Assembly: GCA_030704615.1 (NCBI GenBank)
Contig: CM060731.1
Coordinates: 13,206,001 to 13,270,000 of the forward strand
Reading direction: 5' to 3'
Length of the DNA stretch: 64,000 bases
From: Takakia lepidozioides
Lineage: Eukaryota; Plantae; Bryophyta
Below are positions 12,337-23,699 of this stretch, piece by piece; the stretch's first letter is position 1; every line of letters starts with the position of its first letter. Both the position numbers and the translations under genes were made by a program. The notes beneath the pieces were generated by a model that made no database searches, had not been told where the DNA came from, and saw only the letters and a program-made list of their open reading frames with translations.

Positions 12337-15300
12337 ATGAGAGAGGCCGGAACTAGAAACACCCGGCGCCGCACTGCGGTGCCCCACACTGACGCAGGAC
12401 TTTGGCAAATCGAGGAACGACGTGCAACTAGACTTGGTATTTCAAAGATAATGTGTCCCTGCAACGACTGCCATGGGGGTCGACTCCAATTCGTGGAAAC
12501 TGCCAAATTGCATTTGCTTGCCAACGACCGGGATCCACTGTTGGGTTATCCCATGGTGAGTGACGTGCATCTCTCGCCTCACTTCTCGCAGACATAACTT
12601 AGGATGAAGCCCTTAGAATGGTAATGTTGAACGGCCCTCCACTGTACATGTACGGTGGACTACTGTATGGAAACTAGCACGGTCAATTTGGAGATTCCCT
12701 GTTTTATGCAACACGTTACATTTTGGACAAGACTATACTCTTATAGTTTGCAGGTGAACATGCAGGTGGAGAGTGTCGACTCCGAAGACGAAGACTTTGT
12801 GGAAGAACGTAGCCCCCCTGAGGATGATGTGGATGATTAGCCCTGTTCCTGTTCGTGGTGGAGAGAATCTAGACCCCGACGTCGACATCATTCGCATGTT
12901 GCAGGAAACATTTGCAGTTGCAGATAATGTGCAAAGCACCATTAATGAGGATGAAGGGCTTGGAGAAGACGAGCGCCATCATGATGGACAAAGTCATGGG
13001 GATGGGGATGACGGTGCTGCTTTCCAATTTCAGCATCAAGCAACCACACCTCTGTATGTTGGCTGCCCCACCAGCTGCTTGAGTGCGACGTTGCTTTTGC
13101 TCAATGTTAGTGCTACTCATGGTGTCACAAACGCAGCGATGGATGAGCTTCTGAAACTTTTTCACGGACATCTATTGCCTAAAGGGAACTTTTTGCCCAA
13201 ATCTCATTACGAAGCGAAGAAACTTATAACAAAAGTTGGGCTTAATTACGATAGCATCCATGCTTGTGAGAAGGGATGTGTGCTATACAGGGGAGATCTG
13301 CAGGATGCACCATCTTGCCCTAAATGTGGGGCGCCTCGGTACATCCCTGGCATGAAGACGTTGGTTCCACAGAAGGTCTTGCGGCATTTCCCCTTGATTC
13401 CCCGGCTGCAGCGCATGTACAAGTGCAAGGAGATATCTAAGCTTATGGTGTGGCACATGGAGAACCAAAGTCAAGATGGGAAGATGAGACACCCGCCTGA
13501 CAGCCTTGCATGGAAATACATTGACGATACATGGCCTGCTTTTGCAGCTGAACCTCGCAACTTGCGACTAGGTCTGGCATGGGATGGTATCAATCCCTTT
13601 GGTGATAAATCAACAAAATGGTCTACGTGGCCAGTCTTGCTCATGAACTACAACCTTCCTCCTTGGCTTGAGCACAAAGCCTTTTTTTATGATGTTGACA
13701 CTCTTAATTCCAGGGCCGACATCCGTGAAGAAGACCAATGCGGATGTGTTTTGCAGCCTCTGGTGGATGAGCTGACCGTGTTGTGGGAAGGTGTTAGGGC
13801 TAATGATGCATCTGGCAATGAAGGATCAAGGACCTTTGTCATGAGAGCCATTCTGATGTGGTCAGTACATGACTATCCTGCATATGCCATGCTAGCAGGG
13901 TGTGCAGTTGGGGGCTACAAGGCTTGTCCCGTGTGCGGGCCCAATCTTGATGCCAGGCACTCCAGTGCACTGAGCAAAATGGTGTACCAGGGGCACAGAA
14001 AATTCTTACCAGCAGGCCATCCATATAGACGCAATCGCAACCACTTCAATGGAGCCTCCGATCACAGACCACCCCCCCCCCCCCCCCCCCCCCCAAGTAT
14101 CCACTGTGGATCAGCTCCAAAATGCGGAGGAAAACGAGAGGTTCATGGAAACATTTGGCAGCCGTCGCCGGAATGTGTGCCCTGCCAAATCCCATGGCAT
14201 GAAGCGAAGGTCGATCCTTTGGAACCTGCCATATTGGAAGGTGGGTATGTCTTCATTGTTTGTTTGTCGGCAGGGCTGATTTCATAGTTGCATGGATACA
14301 GTTGTAAGGATCATCACACACGACTTAGATTTCAGCCTAATGCAAATTGCATGAAGCAAGTTTGGAGTCGCCTATGTATGGCACATGTAGCAGCAATATG
14401 GTTGTTTCCATGAAAATGTCTGGCTTTTGTCTCTCTGGATACTGTCTACAGCATGCAAGGCTGGTTTCTTCCTTTTCCCATTATTAAGATGTCATCTCTT
14501 GGTTTTACCATCAAAGTATACCATATTGATGGTGGTTCCATGATTGCAGGATTTGTTGATACGGTATACCCTTGATGTTATGCACTGTGAAAAAAACATT
14601 TCTGAAAACATATTGCGCACCATATTGGGGGAAAAGGACACAGTAAAGAGCAGGAAGGACATGGAGAATGAGGGCATACGACCTCACTTATGGTTAAAAC
14701 CCCACCCCGGAGATGGCAGGAAGTTGGTGAAGCCGCAGGCTCCTTACGTGTTGAATCGACAGGAAACTACTACCTTCTATGCAACTTTGGGTGCTCTAAA
14801 GACACCGACAGGGTATGGTGCTTCATTTAAGAAGCATATTGCTAAGAACAAGCTTTCACACATGAAGAGTCATGACTACCATCTACTGATGCAACAAGTT
14901 CTACCTTTGTGCATTCGAGGTTTGCTGGGCAAAGGTCCAAGGCTCGCAATCATGAAGCTATCTCGTGTATTTCGCGCATTGTGCATGAAAACAGTGGATC
15001 CCGAAGAACTACCAGCCCTGAAGGAGGATGTGGTTGTAACGCTTTGTTTGTTGGAGAAAGAGTTTCCCCCCTCATTCTTCGATCTCATGACCCACCTTGT
15101 GCTACACCTTGTGAATGAATTGGAGGTTTGTGGTCCTGTTAGTTCGCGTTGGATGTACCCCATCGAGAGGTACATGAAAAATTTGAAGGGATATGTGAAG
15201 AGCTATGCCCGGCCAGAAGGTTGCATGGCCAGGAGGTATTCTCTTGATGAGGCTCTTGGCCTCCTCACAGAGTACATGGCTGCATTTCCAGGAACTCGTA

Positions 15301-16519
15301 GAAGGGTCTGGGATTGCAACGAAGAAGAAAGTGTTGCGGGAGAAGTATTAGAGGGCTTTGGAACTCCAAGGAAACTGTCGGCTGAGCTTCGGGCTAGTGC
15401 ACACGACTATGTCCTTCACAACACGGCGTGCATGAGACCGTTTCTGAGGTAAGTATACATCATTTATTTGGCTTCACATGCTAACTCTGGGGGCCATTTC
15501 CGGACACAAAATTGGCGCATTCTCAATTTTCACTCAGCCTCTTTGTACATACTATGGTCCTGACTAAGTGTGAATTGAGTATGACCAGACTTTATGATAT
15601 TGAGAAGGCCACCATAGAATCAGCCAGAGCCGAATTTCGAGCCACATACACCACCCAAGGGAGAAATGCACACCAACGCACCGTTCCATACCCCGAAAAC
15701 ATGTTGCCTTTGCCTGCTTTTCATATGTGGATACAGTCGGCAGTACAAAATGTTGTTTCAAGAGGAGCAGCGTATGATGCAAATATTCGTCATCTGTGTA
15801 AGCCACCAGGGTTTGTTGCTCGTTCATTTCGGTCTATGTGGGCATACGGAAATCACTACAGAGTGGTGGAAACAAGTGTGGTTGATTACCATGTCACATT
15901 CGACTCTGGGGTTGCACAGATTTTTGCCAAAGAGTCAACGGGAAGGGGTGTGGATGGTAACCCTGTCATGAACCAGCTGCAATATGTTGGTGTTGTTCGT
16001 GAAATTTTATAGCTTCAGTATGGTGTTGTCACTCCTGTAGTATTCATATGTGAATGGGTCAGAGCAAGCTTGACAGGTCGCAACCGCACCATGAAGAAGG
16101 ATGAGTATGGTTTCCTACTCGTGGACTTCGATCGCATGTTGCCACCGGGAGATGAACCATTCACATTTCCATGGCAAGTCGAGCAAGTTTTTTTGGCAGA
16201 TGAGCCCTCCAACGCTGGTAACTGGAAAGTAGTACTTCAGAAGGAGCCGCGCTCACGGCGCGTGGTACATGATGTCACTGGTGTCAGCTTGGGTGAGAAT
16301 GAGTCATGCGTAAGGATGCAAGTGGCGGAGGCATTGGAGGATGTGAATCCCAACACAGAATTTGGACCTTCAACGACCCTTACCGAAGCTGAGATGGCTA
16401 CTATTGCTATGATGAGGCCCCCACAAAGGGACGAACCATGGCACCGAGATAGTGAGGATTGCAACACTAACCATGAGTGTAGTGAAAGTAGTAGCGATGA
16501 AGATGACTACATCTGGTAA
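12337..16519 (+). pseudogene. CACTA TnpD transposase (transposase-associated, Transposase_21, DUF4218 and DUF4216 domains), intron-containing
   Basis: IMCPCNDC exon; IHACEKGCVLY...CPKCG...LRHFPLIPRLQRMY...HPPDSLAWK...RNLRLGLAWDGINPF...STWPV...DYPA...ACPVC; DVMHCEKN...KSHDYH...RWMYPIERYM; EPFTFPWQVEQVF. Frameshifts at homopolymers (about 13682 and 14071) and a stop at about 16010. Confidence 0.95.
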
Positions 16520-18667
16520 AAGGACAATAACGTCATGTTGACATTTTAACTGACACACTGAGTGACATTTTCAGTTCCAAATCACTGGACACCCTGTGCT
16601 TCAGCCACTGGCCTGGTAAAATGACATATGCATTATATGACATTTTGAGTGGCACACTGAGGCGCATTTTGAGTCCCAAATCAGCGGACATCCTGTGCTG
16701 CAGCATCCACTTGTTGCGGTTATTTTCCCTGTGAATGTAGCAGCGAGGAAGATGATTCCTGGTAAAAGGGCAATAGCGTCATGTTGGCATTTTGGGTTGC
16801 TTCAGTTGTTACTCCACCTCTCTACTATCTCCCCCCCTACCCACATCCATGCCTTACTTACTCTCTAGCTACGAACTGAATTCTGATGCCTCTGCTCCTC
16901 CCTCCCCCTCTCTATTTTCCCTGTGTTCAAATTGTGGGGGTTGGGTGCAATGTGTTGGGGATGTACTTCTTTATAATGTTTGTTCTGGTTTGGTGCAGTC
17001 GGGGGACAATCTGCACAACAAGTCACATGTTGGATCTGATGGGCATTGCAACTGTGGATGTGATTCACATGTCTTCCCCACTAATGGGACCCCTCTGTTC
17101 ATGCTTGGGATTTGGCAAGTTCGTAAACCCCCACTTTTTGACTGTGTGCTTGCAGGTCACATGGGCAGAGCCATGCATGGGGCAAAGCCATTCAGTTGGC
17201 TACAGGTTCAATTCCTCCGCACATGACAGTACGTGGCCCTATTTATGATGGCTTTGACTTACTCATAGAGAGGGCTCGTTCCACGGTTACTCTATTTTTT
17301 GGCTTGTTTAAAAACCCTCACTGTGACAGGGATGAGGCTTCTATCATTGCTCAATTTAGAGGCGATGTGATGGTGGAGGAGAATGTTCATGAATCACAAG
17401 AAGGTATGTGGCACCTCGGAACCCATGAATTCAGAATCATGGAGATTCCAGATTCATATATAGCCAAAGTTGATCTTTTGCTTTGTGATTTCTCTCTGTT
17501 TCTCATGTTTGTGAGATTCGGTGCTTCATCCCTCTGCATGTACCACCCCGCTTTGTCATGATTGCGAGTTGGAATTGTAGAGATGACCTTTCTTTGAAAA
17601 ACATACATACTTTGTATGGGGGGCTTGAGGTGAGCAATCCAAAGACCATTATGTGTTACAGACACCAATTACCAGTCCACATTATGGGTGTGTACTTTGC
17701 ATGGATTTGCAACCCCCCACATTATTTGGTCCTTCCAAAAATAAAACTCTTTCTTGCTAGAGCTGGAAGCTCATGGGCGCTATGCCTTCAACCATCCAGA
17801 TGTGCTGTTATTTGTTCTGAATGTGGACATCACCACATGTGCACTTGTAATTTTACCGCCCATTACCAAGTTGCACCACACATGAAACAAAAGTATTACA
17901 GATTCATAAGCAGTATGGTTGAAAGGTCTGAGAAGTAGATAACAAGAGGCAAGCTGAACGTCGTACAGGGGACACTCAGTTTTTGACAGGAGAGGCCAGT
18001 TAAGTACATAAACTTGAGGCAAAACCCAAAAGGATAATGTACGTAGGCTGAAATGTGGATAGTCTCTGCATTGCTACTGCTTCACCCCCAAACCATCACA
18101 CCGTCACAAGTACCAACGCTGAAAACTGAAGCAAAAACGTCATGCATGAGACGATTGCGGGAAGCTACAGTGCATGAATCTACATTGCGGTGTATGTCAA
18201 TGACACTATGTATATCCTCGCTCACCTCGATCCATGATCACCATGACATCGTGCTCATCCGAGAGGGCATGGAAGGCTAGTCAATGTGTACCACAGGGAG
18301 TAATCGTGGAGCAACGGGTACTTCTTGCCAACAGATCGGAGCCTCTTATTGCAATTTGCAAGGCACCAAAAGTAGGCCATAGGCTCCTTCTTGTGTATGT
18401 TCCCATTTCTTGTGTTTTTTGTTAATTGTATGTTCCCATTTCACACAGGTGTGTAACATGCCATGTAAACTAAGCCAACCCCTGCCACGCTCATGGCTGT
18501 TTTCACACCGTTCTTGCCTGGGGTGTGGACCACATGTAAGACACCCCACAGTTAGGGCATATTTAGACCCACACCTTGGCTTAGTGTACAGACCCGTGAT
18601 AAAAGCCGTGGAATGTGCCAGGTGTGAGATGGCAGAGCCGTGGAAAAAGCCGTTTTTTCTTCTAGTG

Positions 18668-19685
18668 CCACACCACCTCCGGCAAAGAATTTGCTTTGGA
18701 GTTCCACATGTCATCAGCAAACATGGCTTTGGGCGCCCAATCTCGCCAATTTTTAGGCAATCCATCGTAAGCCCCTATCTCACGGGTTGCATTCCCAGTA
18801 TCCACACAATAATCCCAAAGATTGGGATGAACACCTTCAGGATCTGAGTCTGAGTCGTCAGACTCAGACATGTTGTCATTTTCACGATCAACATTATCCA
18901 CTGCCTCAAATCCAAGCATCTCATCCAAAGTACATGGCATAGAAGTAGCATCATCTAACATACTACACAGAGAAGAAGGGATCAAATGCAAACCAATGCC
19001 ACCAAAAAAAGATATGAGATAACATTCCTGAGATTTCAAAATGTCCCAAGTCACTTCAATTACTGTGCCATATCTGAATTCAATGGCGATGGAGGATGAT
19101 GCAAGGTCTGACAAAGTTAGATGTGCAACTGGAACCTTCACGGTGCACCCTACGACACCCAAGTCTTCCAGACTTTGGCTGTGCCCTGCAGGATCTCGAC
19201 CCTCTACTTGCGAACTGCGAAGTGAATACACGTTCAAGGGCACATCTACAGCATCCTCAAAGTCACCCTGAAACTCAAATGACAAGGGTTCCACAATTTC
19301 CTTACCTTGTCTCCTTGCCAACCGTTTCAATCTCATACTGACTACTGACAGAATTCTGGAAATCAGGCCTCACTCGCACCCTTAGCACTTCATTCACTTC
19401 AGGAGAGAAGCCAAATGGATGGCCCTCCTCCTTGCGTTCCACCCAGCCAAGGATCTCTGCAGCCTGTCGCCGATACAGATACCGAAAGTTACTTGGTTGT
19501 GGGAAGGCAGGTATTGTGATTCGACATGGGTGCTTCATCCCCAACAAGTAGTCTTCATTGAGAGCACCACACAACTTGGCAATCTGCTCAGGAGAGGCGC
19601 CCAATCCAGCAGCCCAACTCGAAATTATAGCAGCCTCGGACGCAAGATGGGTAGGAGTAGGGGGAGGCACTTCTGAGAATCCCAT
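18668..19685 (-). pseudogene. N-terminal part of the piggyBac-like gene
   Basis: Removing the CACTA and one TSD joins ...NSLPEVVW (18668) in frame to TGRDSGPKVPNL... (7025). Acidic stretch SESDDSDSD. ORFs 18662-19336 and 19302-19685 overlap, suggesting a frameshift. Confidence 0.75.
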
Positions 19686-20014
19686 AGCTGTGAATTCGAT
19701 GGTGGAGAGAGACCAACTCTGACACCCGCCGCAAGAACTTGCGATCGCAATGAAGGTTCGGAACTACACTCAAGACAAGAAGCTAGAATCACCTTGGAGA
19801 TGAACACAATGCTGCTACAATGGGGGCCAACACAATGCTCACAGCCACTATGCTTGCAAACAATGAAGACGAGCATGAACCAACGGCACCCTGCAAACAA
19901 AACGGCAACCTGCATTTACACGAGTACCAGACAAGGAGCGGGAGAGAAGGAAAGCGCGGGAGACAAGTGGACGACACCTTTACACCCCAAAAACAATAAA
20001 AACAATAAAAACTA

Positions 20015-20326
20015 AATAAAAGCCTTGGCGAGCAGCCATGTTCATAGAGGGAAACAGGCTCGGCATTAAGGTGGCGTCAACGCCACCTTAATTCCCAGCC
20101 CCTGTTGGAACATGACCATTCACTCCAAAAACAAAAAAACAAAACAAAATAAAAACAAAATAAAAGCCTTGGCGAGCAGCCATGTTCATAGAGGGAAACA
20201 GGCTCGGCATTAAGGTGTCGTCAACGCCACCTTAATTCCCAGCCCTTGTTGGAGCTTAATTCCAGCCCAGAAGACCAGCCAGATTAAGGTGGCGTCAAGG
20301 TGGCGTCAACGCCACCTTAATCTGGC
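20015..20326. repeat. Tandem units of about 144 bp carrying TTAA-flanked palindromes
   Basis: ATTAAGGTGGCGT-CA-ACGCCACCTTAAT at 20065-20092 and 20209-20236 (1 mismatch), plus an expanded copy at 20278-20326. Confidence 0.9.
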
Positions 20327-21730
20327 ACATTCGTCTCCTCTCATCTCCCCCTCCTGTGGTCCGCGACAGAGGTGGTTTTGTGCAGAGCAGGGCTCATAGA
20401 CAGTTTTGCATCAGTTTTGGGCTCAAAATCAGATAGCAGTGGATGTGCCTTTTCGGAATGATTCATTTGTTTTAAGACAAACATTTATGAAGCACCAGTT
20501 TCCCTGCCTTGCATGTTTGAAGATGTGTTTTCGGGCGTCCTTTAGCGGTCCCCGGTCTGAATTTGTCGTTTTCATTCATCGACTCTCTTTCTCATCCATC
20601 TTTTTTCATCGCACACTCATCCATCGTTTATCCACTCCTTTTCAAAACACACTCAAACATCAATCAACCACTCCACAATGTTGCTGCTAACCCGCAGGCT
20701 CACTCTTAAGAAAAAAATGCTCCATTTTCAACGCTTGAAGCCCACGGTAATAGGGCTTCTAGTAAGTACAGGTCCGCGGTAAATAGGGCGAAAACTGTGA
20801 GCAGAATCCTGCTCACAGTTTTTTCTGCTCACGTGAGCTACTCACAATCTAGCACGCCCCGTTGCAGTGTGGGCATTGTGGCAAGTTTGGGCATGGAGAG
20901 GCCTAGTGTTATGACTTGCATCTTGAGTTGCGGCCAAGCCAGTTCCAACGGAACAATGGTGGCCGGGGGCGAGGTGGAGTAGCTTAGAGAGGGCGAGGTG
21001 GTCAGGCACGAGGTGCATGCTAAGGGCAAGCTCAGCATGGCCATGGACGAGGAGGTCAGGGTGTTGACCTGCACGGCATGGCCAACCGGCTTCAGCAGCT
21101 AGAATAGAGGCTTGCTGCCAGGGCCACAGCTCAGGTGGTACCAGTTTCAAGGCCTGAGGGTCCACCTCTTGCTCCTGAGGGAGGAGATATGGGAGGCATG
21201 AGATTCATTTGCGGGGTAGCATTACCACTAGTGCAGGTGGAGTCTGCTGCAGCCGTGACTCGAGGAGCAGCACGAGTTCCTGAGCCACGAGGTGCAGAGG
21301 TGGAGTTGGATTCACAGCGTGGGGAGGCAAGCCGTCAGGCTAGGCTGCCTCAATCATTCACATTGGCAGAGACAGTGTTGATGCCATCCATGGCACCTAG
21401 TTCTCGTCCGACTGCTACCGAGGCGGAGGTTACTGTGCCATTGGGGAGAGCCACACGGGCAGCACACTACCTGCTACCAAGGCTACGGCAGCTAGTGTGC
21501 TGCTGGGGGCGGCCACATCTGTGTGCCAGGCTCCATTGTTCTCGGCTACCATGATTGCAACGTCGGGGGTGCGACCAGCTGCAGTGTTTAGACTGGCAGC
21601 TACACTCTGTGAGAGTGGGGAGGTCACTTCATCTTCTGCGGAGATAGTGGAAGATATAGTGACGGAGGGATCCTCGGATTTGAGGGTCAAGACTGCCACG
21701 ACGGTGCCATGACCAATTGTAGCTGCCAGG

Positions 21731-22170
21731 TTGGCGGAGCTGCAAGCTAGGCCAGCCATTGAGCACGCCATGGTGACACCTGGGGTTGTCTTATTAGACA
21801 ACCAGGAGGGTATTTTCTGTTTGAGTGGACCGGCAGGCAAGAGGTACCGGCCACTGAGGGTCTTATTGGACTCGGGAGCTCAGCTGTTGATGCTGGGCAG
21901 AGCTGCTATTGCAGGCTTAGGCCTCACGGAGGCAGATATAGAGCCTTGTCTTTTCTAGATACAAACATCTCTGGGAGGATCAGAGTAGGCTCGGGGCATG
22001 ACACGGCATGAGTTGGCTATCAGACTACAACCGGATCACCCTACAGATGGCTCAGTGATGCGAGCCAAGGCCATTGTGACAGACGTGGTCTCTTACGATA
22101 TCCTAGTTGGTGGGGCAGTGTTGTACCCCATGGGCTTCATCCCTGGATTTTTGGGAGGAGATAGCCTCCT
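21731..22170 (+). pseudogene. Retrotransposon aspartic protease
   Basis: RVLLDSGAQLLML ... SYDILVGGAVL motifs, with internal stops. Confidence 0.8.
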
Positions 22171-22576
22171 ATAGGCCTAGATGGCAGTCAGGGGAGGGCC
22201 GGCGTGTGCAACTCCCTCTGACATTCATTTGGGAGTTGTGGTTGCCCAACGGGGCGAGATGCCGACACTAGCAGCATTCACAGCTGCATTGAGTTGGCCT
22301 GGAAAGCTGTTGGAAGGCAATGCCCATGGAGAGGATGTGCCCCCTCCAGCAGAGCATGATGACATGCATGGCATGGCGGAGTTGCCTGCCATGATTGCTC
22401 ACACCCCATTGTGGGGCACGAGCAAGGATTTGTAGCGGGTTGCTGATTGGCGGGTGCAACAAGCCTAGGTAGAGGCTTTTGTACCATCAAGAGAGGAGGA
22501 GAGTGCGGTGATTGCACTAGGATCACCTCAGTTGTTGCACTTGGACACCACACCTATCGTGTGGCGGTATTCGGAT

Positions 22577-23315
22577 GAAGGCATTTGCCTTCTGGCTTTG
22601 TTTGGCGGGAACAGCACTGGATTGACTGTTGTGCTACAGGCAGGTGTACGGGTATAGAGATACATGTATGTGGAGAGGGATGAGACTGCACGACGCATCT
22701 CACTACGCCATGTTGCCTAGTTGGTACAGCAGTACCCTGAATTGTTGTCGGCGTTTGTAGTTCGTGGATACCAGCAGGCATTACCAACAGACATTTCCTT
22801 GCCGGGGGCGCAAGATTTGGAGCGGGTTGGCTCCATCCACTTGGTAGTGGCAGCTTGGCCTTGCCAAGGGCATTCATCAGCTGGGCATGACAATGGATTG
22901 CGAGACTCGAGGTCGGGTCTGTTTTGGGAGATGGTGCGGGTTTTGCGCCATCTACAACTTCATTAAGCTGTATCTCCAACATACATATTAGAGAATGTGC
23001 CACTGATGGGTGATTTTTGGGCCAGGGTGATGGCCAGTGTGCATCAAGTCCGGTCGTGGCTTGGGTCAGCAGTGTTGCTGGATGCAGCTGCAGTGGGGTC
23101 ACGGGCTCATCGTCCACGGCTATGGTGGTCTCCTGTGGGATGTCCAGTTGCAGCAGTTAGTGAAACCCAATGCCAATGAGCGTGAGCGGGCAATGGGTTT
23201 TACCACTGGTACCACAACGGTGTCATCTCTTTCTGAGGCATCACGTCGTCAGGTGTTGGGGCAAGCATTGGATCTCAATTTCTTGACCTGGATCATCAGC
23301 TTGAGTATGGGCTGA
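22577..23315 (+). pseudogene. DNMT3-like C5 cytosine DNA methyltransferase domain inside Gypsy Pol
   Basis: Read through stops at 22655, 22718 and 22964: motif I ICLLALFGGNSTG; II RYMYVERDE; IV HLVVAAWPCQGHS (Cys at 22862); GLRDSRSGLFWEM; VI YILENV (22991); VIII LDAAAVGSRAHRPRLWW. After a frameshift/deletion at about 23130: IX-X ERERAMGF...SRRQVLGQALDL. Confidence 0.9.
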
Positions 23316-23699
23316 GCAGCGCAGGTTGCGAACAACTTCTCCCACTACACTTCCCTTGACAGGCTCCCTGCCTACCAAGATGGTACAAGCAGTGAGTGGG
23401 GGTGAGCAGGTGAGGACCACGAGGTGCAGGCATCCATGGCACATGTGGGAGGTGCTCGAGGTTCAGAAGGAGTTGGCAGCCAAGGTGGCGGTGATGGATG
23501 AGGTTGGGGATTTTTCTCGAGTTGAGGCAGTTCTCAAGGATGAGATGATGGGGTAGGATGAGGCCTTGTCATTGACTGAGCAGGCAGGGAGTACAGCTCA
23601 AGAGGTTGCAACATAGCAACCACTGGACGCGTCCTCTACCTCTAAGCCCACTAGACTTAAGGTTGCAGTTACGGAGGACAATTGGGAGCCTGACATTGG

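Larger units (their letters stand above)
7029..18667 (+). mobile_element. Full-length CACTA (EnSpm) DNA transposon, 11.6 kb
   Basis: TIR CACTAGAAGAAAAAACGGCTTTTTCCAC at 7029 and its reverse complement ending at 18667. 3-bp TSD CCA at 7026-7028 and 18668-18670. Subterminal palindromic repeats (GGTGTGGACTTGTCCACACC at about 7290 and 7580). Confidence 0.97.

Noticed and set aside
13675-14100. Programmed frameshifting in TnpD
   Set aside because: The shifts fall in poly-T and poly-C runs, better explained by slippage or sequencing error.
20015-20326. CRISPR-like array
   Set aside because: The sequence between palindromes is itself duplicated, so this is a tandem repeat.
22577-23315. Bacterial restriction-modification MTase or intact host DNMT3/DRM gene
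   Set aside because: The domain is intronless, collinear within Gypsy Pol and as decayed as its flanks. Motif order is non-permuted (not DRM) and there is no restriction enzyme partner.
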